Source: an uncultured Clostridia bacterium
Lineage (GTDB): Bacteria > Bacillota > Clostridia > TANB77 > CAG-508
Reading direction: 5' to 3'
DNA length: 64,000 nucleotides
Assembly (NCBI GenBank): GCA_948560265.1
Contig: CAOXTD010000009.1
Span: forward strand, 271-64,270
In this document: positions 37,300 to 46,509 of the stretch, piece after piece
How positions within the stretch are numbered: the first letter of the stretch is position 1
Layout: every line of letters begins with the position of its first letter
Notes under the pieces: generated by a model
The model's input: only the letters and a program-made list of their open reading frames with translations
Databases searched by the model: none
What the model was told of the DNA's origin: nothing
Position numbers and translations under genes: made by a program

Positions 37300-38655
37300 T
37301 TAATAATAGATTTCAAATTGTTGTCTAAAATATTCAGCATCTTTGGTTGTGAATAAGTTTAAGTTATTATTTCTTTTCAAAATTTGTCTTACTTCCCATA
37401 ATCCAAGTCCACTATTCGTTTTTCTTGATTTCGTAGAATAAGATTTTTCAAAAATCTTTTCTGTATTAATCGTTTTATCTAAGTAAGTATTTTCAATTAC
37501 CATAAGAAAACGATGTCTAGAATCTTCTTTACGAAAAGTAACATGAATAATTTTATCTTTACATTCAATGGCAGCTTCAATAGCATTATCCATTAAAATA
37601 CCTAGAATTCTTGTAAACTCATAAATTTTTAAATAATGTTCTAAATCATTTAAGTCCATAAAAATGCCTAAATTAATTTGAATACCATTTTCATCAGCAC
37701 GGTGATATTTAGCTGCCATAACATTATAAATAGCAGGATTATTAATAACAGTTGGACTTAAGGCAGTTAAGTTATTAACACGGTTACAATCTTGTAATAA
37801 TTGACGATAATATTTTTCGAGTCCTTCTAAATCTTTTTTATCAATGTAACCACCAAGACCTTGTACAATATTGTGAAAATCATGTTTGAAACCTCTCATA
37901 TTATCATGTAACAAGATTAAAGTTTTATTATATAATTGAGCTTCTTCTAAACTTTGAGAAGTAGTATTCAATTTATTCGTGTTAATTAAACTATACATAC
38001 TAATAAAGAAATAAGCAGATAAACTTAAAATACTAAGTATAGTAATTGCAACAGGCATTTTATCACTATAAAATGCTAATATATAAAATTGGGAACAAAT
38101 AGAGATAATACCTAATATAGCATTTATAATAAATAGTATTCTATTTTTCTTTGTCATATTTTCTAAACTAATATGAAATTTACAATAACGAATAATTCTG
38201 TATAATAAGTAAGTGCAAAAATAAATACCAACAGTAAAAATAATCCTATAGAAAGGTGCAGTCATAATTAATTCATAAGAAATATGCAGAGCGGTAAAAC
38301 AGAGTCTAAATATAAACTGTTCTAAAATACTAACAAGGGATAATCCAATAAATTCAGCAATAAAAGACTTAATCCAAGAAGTGTTCAAAATAAACTTGAT
38401 TAAAATTAACATAAAAGCTAAATTCAATACACTGCCATATGGATCAGGAATGAAAGTTCTAATAATATAACCAATAATTCCCCAAACAAGAACATAAAGA
38501 ACTTTTCTTTTTCTAGTCGTTTTAATATCTAAAATAGTAGTGAACAATAACATATTCACTATAGCATCTACAAAGTAAATAGGAAAACATAAAATAGTAG
38601 TTAATATTTCATTTGGTGTTGTTAACGCTGTCCACACAGTTTGGAATATTTCCAT
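37300..38655 (-). CDS. agrC: AgrC-like sensor histidine kinase (HPK10/GHKL)
   Basis: Six or seven TM helices at the N-terminus, FKHDFHN H-box, ILMDNAIEA N-box, GLGLW G-box. Confidence 0.85.
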   Translation of the reverse strand: MEIFQTVWTALTTPNEILTTILCFPIYFVDAIVNMLLFTTILDIKTTRKRKVLYVLVWGIIGYIIRTFIPDPYGSVLNLAFMLILIKFILNTSWIKSFIAEFIGLSLVSILEQFIFRLCFTALHISYELIMTAPFYRIIFTVGIYFCTYLLYRIIRYCKFHISLENMTKKNRILFIINAILGIISICSQFYILAFYSDKMPVAITILSILSLSAYFFISMYSLINTNKLNTTSQSLEEAQLYNKTLILLHDNMRGFKHDFHNIVQGLGGYIDKKDLEGLEKYYRQLLQDCNRVNNLTALSPTVINNPAIYNVMAAKYHRADENGIQINLGIFMDLNDLEHYLKIYEFTRILGILMDNAIEAAIECKDKIIHVTFRKEDSRHRFLMVIENTYLDKTINTEKIFEKSYSTKSRKTNSGLGLWEVRQILKRNNNLNLFTTKDAEYFRQQFEIYY

Positions 38656-39355
38656 AGTTTAATACCTCCATTAATTGGCTTTTATATTTAGGACCAATAT
38701 AACATTTTAAATCCTGATTATTGTTAAGAAAAATAGAATTATTTGTAATATCGATGTCGGTTATTTTCTTTGTATTAACAATATAAGATTTATGACACTG
38801 TACAAATTGGTGTGGTAACTGAGGAAGAATTTTCTTAAAAGAGCTATAGCTTTCATAATCTCTTGTGTCGGTGTGAAAAATAACTTTCATGCCATCTTTT
38901 TGAATATATTGAATTCCATCTTGCTTAATAATAGTTTTATTATTATCTAACCTTACAAATTGGGTATCGTCTCCAAACATATCATCAACTAAACGATCTA
39001 TAGTGTCTAATAATCTTTCTATAGTAACAGGTTTGGATAAATAATCAAAAGTTTTGTATTTATAAGCAATCAAACCATATTCTAAATGACCAGTAGTAAA
39101 AATAATATAAACATTTTTATCTTGTTTCCTAATTAAATTAGCTAAGTCTAATCCCGTTACTTTGGCTTTCAAATCGATATCTAAAATAACAACATTAACA
39201 GAGTGATGCTTAACATAATTGACTAAATCGCCAGGTTCTGTAGTGCTTAAGACAATTTGCGCCTCTAAACCTCTAGCTATAAAAGCAGATTCTAAAAGTT
39301 TTTCTAATCTATTAAGGGCATTCGAATTATCATCGCATATTACAAAATCTAACAT
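38609..39355 (-). CDS. agrA: AgrA-like LytTR-family response regulator
   Basis: Receiver domain (ICDDN...LDIDL) plus a LytTR C-terminus (QCHKSYIVN). Confidence 0.9.
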   Translation of the reverse strand: MLDFVICDDNSNALNRLEKLLESAFIARGLEAQIVLSTTEPGDLVNYVKHHSVNVVILDIDLKAKVTGLDLANLIRKQDKNVYIIFTTGHLEYGLIAYKYKTFDYLSKPVTIERLLDTIDRLVDDMFGDDTQFVRLDNNKTIIKQDGIQYIQKDGMKVIFHTDTRDYESYSSFKKILPQLPHQFVQCHKSYIVNTKKITDIDITNNSIFLNNNQDLKCYIGPKYKSQLMEVLNYGNIPNCVDSVNNTK

Positions 39356-39673
39356 TAATTTTATCCTCCGTATCTATTATATAATTAGAAATACTCTAAA
39401 TAAAAAAGTTCGACAAAAAAGAACGACATTACCTAAATTTTTCCAATTATAGTATAAATATAATCTAAAAGAAAAACAATGTCAAGATGTTTTGAAAAAA
39501 ATATTTTTATGTCGAATATAAAAGAAAAAGGTAGAAATAAAAAGTAAAAAAATGGTAATTAGAGGGTAAAGAATTACTGCATATATTAAGCTTTAAGTTA
39601 ATAAACAAAGTTCTAGTAATAACTTATGAAATTTTTCATAAAATGAAACAAAGTGAGTAGAAAGGATGATTTT

Positions 39674-40501
39674 ATGAAAAGAATACTCCAAGATAATGTA
39701 AAGATAGTTACTGCTATTGCAGTTACAGTAGGGTTATTGTTATTTACTTTTATCGTTGCTCAAACAAATCAGCAAAAAGATACTATTACAACAAGTGGAA
39801 CTTCGACCTTAAGCAACAAAAAGATAGGATGGGGCATTAAAAGAGAAGACAATCATAAACAACCAGATGTAGGAAGTCTTAACAAAAGAATTATTGAACA
39901 ATATGATGGAATTTGCATGGGAAATCCAGAAATGCCATATGTTTATTTGACCTTTGATAATGGTTATGAAGCAGGATATACCGAGAAAATTCTAGCAGTA
40001 TTAAAAGAAAATCAAGTACCAGCAGCTTTTTTTATTACAGGTCACTATGTTAATTCGCAACCAGAACTTGTAAAAAAAATGATAGATGAAGGGCATACAG
40101 TAGGAAACCACACAGTTAATCACAAAAGTATGCCAGATATTAGTGATGATCAAATTAAAACAGAAATGATGGACTTGCATAAATCTATTTACGAGAAATT
40201 CGGATATGAAATGAAATATACAAGACCACCAAAAGGAGAATATAGCGAAAGAACTATAGCATGTACGAATTCTTTAGGATATAAAACGGTTATGTGGTCT
40301 TTTGCTTATGATGATTGGGATGAAAATAAACAAGGAAGAGAAGAATATGGCAAAAAGAAAATCTTAGACAATGTACATAATGGAGCAGTTCTTTTATTAC
40401 ATGGAACCTCAAAGGACAATAGTAATATTTTAGACGAATGTATTAAAGAGATTAAGAAAATGGGCTATGAATTTAGAAGTTTAGACCAATTTCAAAGATA
40501 A
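39674..40501 (+). CDS. polysaccharide deacetylase-family sporulation protein (PdaA/PdaB-like)
   Basis: LTFDNGYE, FFITGHY, GNHTVNH and LLLHG motifs. Confidence 0.85.
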   Translation: MKRILQDNVKIVTAIAVTVGLLLFTFIVAQTNQQKDTITTSGTSTLSNKKIGWGIKREDNHKQPDVGSLNKRIIEQYDGICMGNPEMPYVYLTFDNGYEAGYTEKILAVLKENQVPAAFFITGHYVNSQPELVKKMIDEGHTVGNHTVNHKSMPDISDDQIKTEMMDLHKSIYEKFGYEMKYTRPPKGEYSERTIACTNSLGYKTVMWSFAYDDWDENKQGREEYGKKKILDNVHNGAVLLLHGTSKDNSNILDECIKEIKKMGYEFRSLDQFQR

Positions 40502-40515
40502 ATGACAAAAGGAAT

Positions 40516-40845
40516 ATGAGAAAGAAAGAGGCAATAACCATGAGAGAAAAAAGAACAAAAAGAATACCAAATAAAATTAACCGAATATTAGAGATACCAC
40601 AAGAAGTATCTTCTAATGTTCCAAAGATAACAGTACTTGGTTTTAAACAAATGCTGATTGAAAATTATAAGGCAATTTTAGAATACCAAGACTTCTACAT
40701 TCGCCTTAGCACAGAAATTGGTATCTTAAATATCAATGGGTTTAATTTGAATTTGAAAGAAATGACTACTGACGATTTGCAGATTAGTGGCAAAATAGAT
40801 AGTATTGACTTTGAAGCCATAGAAGATGATGAAAATGATACGTAA
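40516..40845 (+). CDS. yqfC: sporulation protein YqfC
   Basis: ITVLGFKQMLIENYKAILEYQDFYIRL; position upstream of yqfD. Confidence 0.85.
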   Translation: MRKKEAITMREKRTKRIPNKINRILEIPQEVSSNVPKITVLGFKQMLIENYKAILEYQDFYIRLSTEIGILNINGFNLNLKEMTTDDLQISGKIDSIDFEAIEDDENDT

Positions 40846-40859
40846 GTTAATGTTACATT

Positions 40860-42068
40860 ATGAAAATGAAAGGAAAGACGCAAATGTATTTTAAAATACT
40901 AATGGCATATCTTTTGGGATATGTTACGATAGAAGTAGAAGGATATTATATAGAAAGATTTATGAATATCTGTAACAACCAAAAAATATTTCTATGGAAC
41001 ATTAAAAGACCAAAGACAGCTATTATGAAGGTAAATATATCTGTTCAAGATTTTAAGAAAATAAAACCAATCGCCAAGAAAACCAAATGTAAAATTAAAA
41101 TAGATAATAAAAAGGGAATGCCATTTTTCTTTCACCGTTATCAAAAACGTAAGATATTTTTTATTTTCTTTTTGTTAGTTATCATAGGAACTATAGCATT
41201 ATCTAATTTTATTTGGAATATTGAAATTACAGGAACGGATAAAATAGACCCACAAGAAATTAAACAATTATTAGAGGAAAACGATTTTAAACTAGGAAAG
41301 ATGAAAGCATCAATAAACACAAAACAAGTTATTGACCAAATACGTTTGCAAAGAGCTGATATTGCATGGGTAGGAATTGAAATTAGTGGGACAAATGCCA
41401 CCGTTAAAATTGTAGAGGCAGATTTAAAACCAGATATCATACCAGAAGAAGAATATTGCAATTTAATAGCTACAAAAGAAGGAATGATTACAAAAATATC
41501 AGCCCAAAATGGTACTCCCCTAATAAGGGAAGGGGAGATTGTAAAAAAAGGCAGTGTGTTAGTAGGAGGGTGGCTAGAAGGAAAATATACTGGAACTCGA
41601 TATGTTCATGCAAATGGCGAAGTTCAGGCAAAAGTATGGTACTCTGAAAAGATAAAAATACCGTTCAATCAAGATAAAAAGGAGCTCACAGGAATCGAGG
41701 AAAAGAAATATTCCGTAAAGATAAATAATTTTGAAATAAATTTTGCAAAAAAGCTTCCCAAATTTGAAAATTATGATACAATAGAGTCAACTAAAAAGTT
41801 GAGATTATTTTCCGATTTTTATTTGCCAATTGAAGTGCATGAAAAAGTGTATCAAGAGTACCAAAAACAGCCAGTTTCTTATTCTTTGGAAGAGGCTAAG
41901 AAAATGGGAGAAGAGGAATTAAGCAAAAGACTAGAAGAGCAAATAGAAAACAAAGAGACCATCTTAGATAAGAAGGTAACAGAAACGCATACAGAAGAAT
42001 ATGTGGAAGTGGAAGTAATCTACGAGGTGCTTGAAAACATTGCGACAAAAGAAAAAATTGTGTTTTAA
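40860..42068 (+). CDS. yqfD: sporulation protein YqfD
   Basis: GYVTIEVEGYYIERFMN, a central TM helix and about 400 aa. Confidence 0.85.
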   Translation: MKMKGKTQMYFKILMAYLLGYVTIEVEGYYIERFMNICNNQKIFLWNIKRPKTAIMKVNISVQDFKKIKPIAKKTKCKIKIDNKKGMPFFFHRYQKRKIFFIFFLLVIIGTIALSNFIWNIEITGTDKIDPQEIKQLLEENDFKLGKMKASINTKQVIDQIRLQRADIAWVGIEISGTNATVKIVEADLKPDIIPEEEYCNLIATKEGMITKISAQNGTPLIREGEIVKKGSVLVGGWLEGKYTGTRYVHANGEVQAKVWYSEKIKIPFNQDKKELTGIEEKKYSVKINNFEINFAKKLPKFENYDTIESTKKLRLFSDFYLPIEVHEKVYQEYQKQPVSYSLEEAKKMGEEELSKRLEEQIENKETILDKKVTETHTEEYVEVEVIYEVLENIATKEKIVF

Positions 42069-42082
42069 AAAGGAGAAAAGCC

Positions 42083-43315
42083 ATGGAAGAAAGAAGCTTG
42101 AGAGTATACCAAGAGAAAACTTTTTTCTCTAAGATTAGCAATACATTAACAAAATTATTAACTCCAACTAAAGTTGGAATTAATGGAGTATTAATTTCAA
42201 TTAAAAGAAATAATGCTTTGAAAAATTTTGAGATATATAAAGAAAACGAAGATATAGAAGATCAAACAAAGCTAGAAGCAATTACTAAAAAATATGAAGA
42301 TATTTATGCTCTATACTTAGAATCTATTGACAAATATATCATGGATTCTATTTACAAAAAAGTAAAAAATGATACCGCTTCAGACTTTGAAAAAAATGCA
42401 TTATCACAATATTATGCAATTGTACATTTAAAAGAAACAGAGTATTTAGAGTATAAATATAAAAAGCAAATGTACTTATTAAATTTAGACTATGAAACAG
42501 TAGAGAATCTAAATAAACCAGCATTATCAGAAAGATATAAATTTTTATATAGTAGCCAAATGGAAAGCCTATATAAAGGTCTATTAAAACATTATTCTAT
42601 CAAACTTGCAGATAATTTAACACCGGGGGCAAAAGAGGATGTATTTAATAAAATCTTCTTTACTTTAGAAGAGTATATAGAAAATATTTTACCATTAAAA
42701 ATGGAGCAAGAACCTGAAAATAAGGTGTATAAGGAAATCGTAGAAGAATATAAAAGTTTTGAAAAATTCACAGTTGGTAAACTAGATCAAAATGATACTA
42801 TTGAGAAGAATATGATACTATTGGGCCTAAGTAGAAAGCTATTTACACATAGTTTACCATTAATTGTTGCAGAACAATGCTATGAAAAATTGTTAAATGA
42901 TGTGAGAAGTCTTATTGTAGATACAAAGGTAGCTCGTAAACAAGAAAAAGCATATACCTTATTAATTACTTTAATAGAAGAATACAATGTAAAATTATTA
43001 GCTACTAAAATTTATTGGGATAAGCCAGCATTAAGAGAAGAATACAAGGCATTTTGGAAACAATACCAAGAAACAAACAAGAAGAAAGATATCAACTACA
43101 TGGATTATCTTCAAGAAAAACAAGTACTATTCCTACGTAATGACTTGAAAAAATTACGTAGCAATGAGAATAAATATTATAAAATTATTCAATTCTATCA
43201 AGCGAAATTAGTAGCATTAGGTGCTATGAAAAATGTAAAAAATCATTGTATTTCTAGTGGTAAATATGTTAAGGCAGCAAATCAAGGAAAACATAGTTGT
43301 AAGAAGGTAAGTTAA
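42083..43315 (+). CDS. hypothetical all-helical K/E/Y-rich protein (410 aa), no family recognised
   Basis: Long ORF, translationally coupled to its neighbours; occupies the slot where phoH usually sits. Confidence 0.55.
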   Translation: MEERSLRVYQEKTFFSKISNTLTKLLTPTKVGINGVLISIKRNNALKNFEIYKENEDIEDQTKLEAITKKYEDIYALYLESIDKYIMDSIYKKVKNDTASDFEKNALSQYYAIVHLKETEYLEYKYKKQMYLLNLDYETVENLNKPALSERYKFLYSSQMESLYKGLLKHYSIKLADNLTPGAKEDVFNKIFFTLEEYIENILPLKMEQEPENKVYKEIVEEYKSFEKFTVGKLDQNDTIEKNMILLGLSRKLFTHSLPLIVAEQCYEKLLNDVRSLIVDTKVARKQEKAYTLLITLIEEYNVKLLATKIYWDKPALREEYKAFWKQYQETNKKKDINYMDYLQEKQVLFLRNDLKKLRSNENKYYKIIQFYQAKLVALGAMKNVKNHCISSGKYVKAANQGKHSCKKVS

Positions 43316-43316
43316 A

Positions 43317-43826
43317 ATGATTAAGATGGCAGAAGTCATATTTCAGGATATTCCAGAAAATAAGGAATATCAAGGATTAACAGAGAAAATAATACAAAAA
43401 TGCTTTGAGGTAGAGAAAATAAATCCTACCTCTTTGTATATTTGTGTCACTTTCACAACACCCAAAAATATTAGACAAGCTAACAAGCAGTATCGTGATA
43501 TTGATAAAGAGACCGACGTCTTATCTTTTCCTATGTTTGAGAAAGAAGAACTAGATAAAATGATAAAAAAACATACCTTAGAAGAATGGAAGCAAGAAAC
43601 AGAAAATGAAGTTTTACAAGAAATTCTAGGTGATATTATTATTTCTATAGCAAGAGTGAAAGAACAAGCAAAAGAATACGGACATTCTTTTGAAAGAGAA
43701 TTAGCATATATGTTAGTACATGGATTTTATCACTTAAGGGGTTATGACCACATGGAAGAAGAGGAAAAGAAAATCATGAGAGAAAAAGAAGAAAATGTTT
43801 TGGCACAGCTAGAAATTATGAGATAA
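43317..43826 (+). CDS. ybeY: rRNA maturation endoribonuclease YbeY
   Basis: HGFYHLRGYDH metal motif. Confidence 0.92.
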   Translation: MIKMAEVIFQDIPENKEYQGLTEKIIQKCFEVEKINPTSLYICVTFTTPKNIRQANKQYRDIDKETDVLSFPMFEKEELDKMIKKHTLEEWKQETENEVLQEILGDIIISIARVKEQAKEYGHSFERELAYMLVHGFYHLRGYDHMEEEEKKIMREKEENVLAQLEIMR

Positions 43827-43848
43827 ATAAAGCAGAAAGGGTGAAACA

Positions 43849-44625
43849 ATGAAAAAGGAAGCTGAAAACCAGCAAGAAAACAAAACAAAAGAAGAGAAAA
43901 TCAAGAATAAGAATTTTGCAGATGCATGGAAGAATGCTTTTAATGGGATTATTTATGCAACTACCACACAAGGGAATATCAAGAAACAATTAATCATTGC
44001 AGTTGTTGTAGTTATCATAAGTTTGTTTTTCAACCTTAGTAAAGCAGAATTTCTATGCTTTTTATTTACCATAGTGCTAATTCTTTTTGCAGAAATGGTA
44101 AATACAGCAATTGAAACAGTAGTAGATTTATATGTAGATGTTTATCATCCAAAAGCAAAAATAGCAAAAGATGTAGCAGCAGGAGGAGTCGTTATTACAA
44201 CAATTAATGCTGTTATTGTTGCCTATTTCTTATTCTTTGATAAAATATCAGACATAGGACTAAACTTTATTGCCAATGTTACCAATTCACCTGTACACTT
44301 AGCATTTTCAGTTATGATAGTTGTCATTATTGCAGTATTAGCATTAATTGCGTATGCTAAAACAAATAAACACAAAGGCTTAAATGCAAAATTTGTACCA
44401 AGTGGACATACTACTATAGCATTTGCAGCAACTACCATTATATGGCTTGTAACAGATAATATTGTTATTTTAATGTTAGCATTAGTTATGGCAATCTTAA
44501 TAGCAGAGAGTAGAGCAGCAGCAAAAGAACATAAACTATCTGAAATTGTTTTTAGTGGATGTTTTGGAACAGCAATGACATTAATTTTATATGGAATTGC
44601 TTATGCGGTGATTCAATTGCTATAG
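43849..44625 (+). CDS. dgkA: diacylglycerol/undecaprenol kinase (DgkA) fused to a PAP2 phosphatase domain
   Basis: N-terminal half carries AWKNAFNGIIYA...EMVNTAIE. C-terminal half carries PSGHT and SR-x5-H PAP2 motifs. Confidence 0.8.
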   Translation: MKKEAENQQENKTKEEKIKNKNFADAWKNAFNGIIYATTTQGNIKKQLIIAVVVVIISLFFNLSKAEFLCFLFTIVLILFAEMVNTAIETVVDLYVDVYHPKAKIAKDVAAGGVVITTINAVIVAYFLFFDKISDIGLNFIANVTNSPVHLAFSVMIVVIIAVLALIAYAKTNKHKGLNAKFVPSGHTTIAFAATTIIWLVTDNIVILMLALVMAILIAESRAAAKEHKLSEIVFSGCFGTAMTLILYGIAYAVIQLL

Positions 44626-44652
44626 TGTCAGGTTGGGGACAAACCTTTAATT
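44626..44652 (+). repeat. dispersed element, copy c (5' part only)
   Basis: TAG|TGTCAGGTTGGGGACAAACCTTT. The first 17 nt after the stop codon (TGTCAGGTTGGGGAC...) are identical to copies a and b. Confidence 0.6.
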
Positions 44653-44681
44653 GATACTAGATAAATATAGGAGGAAGTTAA

Positions 44682-45803
44682 ATGGGAGATGCCAGAAGAA
44701 TGCAAAAGAAAAGTGGAGCAAAAATTCTAATCATTATTTTAATCCTTCTTATTATTGCAGCAGGTAGCTTGTTAGCAGTGAAAATGATGCAGAATAAAGA
44801 AAGCGAAGAACAAATAGGTGCAGCAAATACTAACAAAAATGAAACACAAGAACCAAAGCAAGAAGAGAAGAAAGAGCCAAAAACTTTTGTGGGCAATGAA
44901 AGGCCAATTGCTTTTATGATAGATAATAACATTAATGCAATGCCACAAGCAGGACTAGAACAAGCAGATCTTATCTATGAAATTATTGTAGAAGGTGGCG
45001 AAACTAGATTAATGATGGTTATGAAAAATCAAAACTTAAAAAAGATTGGACCAATCAGAAGTTCTAGGCACTATTTCATAGACTATGCAATGGAAAATGA
45101 TGCTATCTATATCCACTATGGACATAGTCCGCAAGCAGGTTCGGATTTTACCAAGTTTGGAATAGACCATATAGAAGGTGTATATGACAGTGGAAACAAT
45201 TTTTGGAGAGATACAACTCGTTATGCACCACATAATGCCGTTATTTCTACAACTAACTTAGAGAAAGTTCTGAAAAATGAAGGTTTTAGAAGAACTACTA
45301 CAAAAGAGAATGTACTAAATTATACAGCAGAGGAAGTAGTATTAGAAGATAAAAAAGAAGTAGTAAAAGCAAGCAATACCAACACGACAAGTGAACCAAC
45401 AGAGAAAATAACGAACTTAGCAAATAGTGTAACTATCCCTTATTCTGCTTATAACACTGTGAAATATACTTACAACAAAGATACCAAAACATATACAAGA
45501 TATTCTAGAGATACTGTTCAAAAAGATTGGAATACAAATAAGGCAATCCAAGTAAAAAATATTATTATTACCAAATGCGAAAACTCTACCATTGATAGTT
45601 ATGGCAGACAAACCATTGATAATGTCAAAACTTTAGATGGATACTATATTACAAATGGCAAGTATATTCCAATTAAGTGCGAAAAAACGTCTAGAACTGC
45701 CCAGACAAAATATAAGGACTTACAAGGTAATGAAATAGAAGTAAATGATGGGAAGACTTTTATTCAAATTTGTCCAATCAATAGTAAGATTAGCTTTAAA
45801 TAA
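44682..45803 (+). CDS. DUF3048 (YerB-like) lipoprotein/secreted protein
   Basis: RPIAFMIDNNINAMPQAGLEQADLIYEIIVEGGETRLMMV. Confidence 0.8.
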   Translation: MGDARRMQKKSGAKILIIILILLIIAAGSLLAVKMMQNKESEEQIGAANTNKNETQEPKQEEKKEPKTFVGNERPIAFMIDNNINAMPQAGLEQADLIYEIIVEGGETRLMMVMKNQNLKKIGPIRSSRHYFIDYAMENDAIYIHYGHSPQAGSDFTKFGIDHIEGVYDSGNNFWRDTTRYAPHNAVISTTNLEKVLKNEGFRRTTTKENVLNYTAEEVVLEDKKEVVKASNTNTTSEPTEKITNLANSVTIPYSAYNTVKYTYNKDTKTYTRYSRDTVQKDWNTNKAIQVKNIIITKCENSTIDSYGRQTIDNVKTLDGYYITNGKYIPIKCEKTSRTAQTKYKDLQGNEIEVNDGKTFIQICPINSKISFK

Positions 45804-45813
45804 AATAAGTACG

Positions 45814-45850
45814 AGATAGCATTTCCGATGAATGCTATTTCTTTTTATTT
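45814..45850 (+). terminator. intrinsic terminator
   Basis: ATAGCAT-N9-ATGCTAT followed by TTCTTTTTATTT. Confidence 0.5.
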
Positions 45851-45962
45851 ATGCGAAAATAATAAAATAATCTGTCGAAATTTGTTGTGTAAAAACAATC
45901 CTTTTGATATAATAAACCTAGCAAAGAACCAATACAATATATTAAATATTGGAGGTAACAAT

Positions 45963-46460
45963 ATGAACGAAAATGAAGAAAAAAATTGTAATTGTATGGA
46001 CAAAAAATTAAAACAAGAAATGCAAGAAATTATGAACCAATATACACAAGTCAAGGACAATTTAATTCCTATTTTAAATGAAGTGCAAATGAAATATGGA
46101 TATATTCCACAAACTGCACAAAAAGAAATTTCTGAATATCTTAACATACCAATGGCTGAAATTTACGGAGTCATTACCTTTTATTCTCGATTCACCCTAA
46201 AACCAAAAGGAAAATATGCAATATCAGTATGCTTAGGGACAGCATGCTTTGTAAAAGGCTCTGAAAAATTGATGGAGCGTCTAAAACAAAGACTGAAAAT
46301 AGAAGAAGGAGAAACAACTCCAGACGGCAAATTTTCTATTGACAGTACACGTTGTGTAGGAGCTTGCGGCATAGCACCAGTATTTACAGTAAATGGAGAA
46401 GTATACGGCAGAGCAACAGTTAAAAAGCTAGATGAAGTATTAGATAAGCTAATGGAGTAG
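45963..46460 (+). CDS. hydC: NuoE-like [2Fe-2S] subunit of a bifurcating [FeFe]-hydrogenase (HydC/HndA)
   Basis: Thioredoxin-like 2Fe-2S pattern CLGTAC...CVGACG; GGAGG before the ATG at 45963. Confidence 0.85.
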   Translation: MNENEEKNCNCMDKKLKQEMQEIMNQYTQVKDNLIPILNEVQMKYGYIPQTAQKEISEYLNIPMAEIYGVITFYSRFTLKPKGKYAISVCLGTACFVKGSEKLMERLKQRLKIEEGETTPDGKFSIDSTRCVGACGIAPVFTVNGEVYGRATVKKLDEVLDKLME

Positions 46461-46492
46461 TGTTGGTTTAGGGACGTATCTTTAACTGACAC
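46460..46492 (+). repeat. dispersed hairpin element, copy e (diverged)
   Basis: GTGTTGGTT-TAGGGACGTATCTTT-AACTGACAC. The 9-bp stem includes 2 G-U pairs. Confidence 0.55.
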
Positions 46493-46509
46493 AGAATTAA
46501 GGAGGTAAC

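Noticed and set aside
38609-38655. 47-nt overlap between the agrA 3' end and the agrC 5' end as a sign of another frameshift.
   Set aside because: The agrC ATG at 38655 has a good GGAGG RBS, and both proteins look complete. The overlap only involves a non-conserved AgrA tail.
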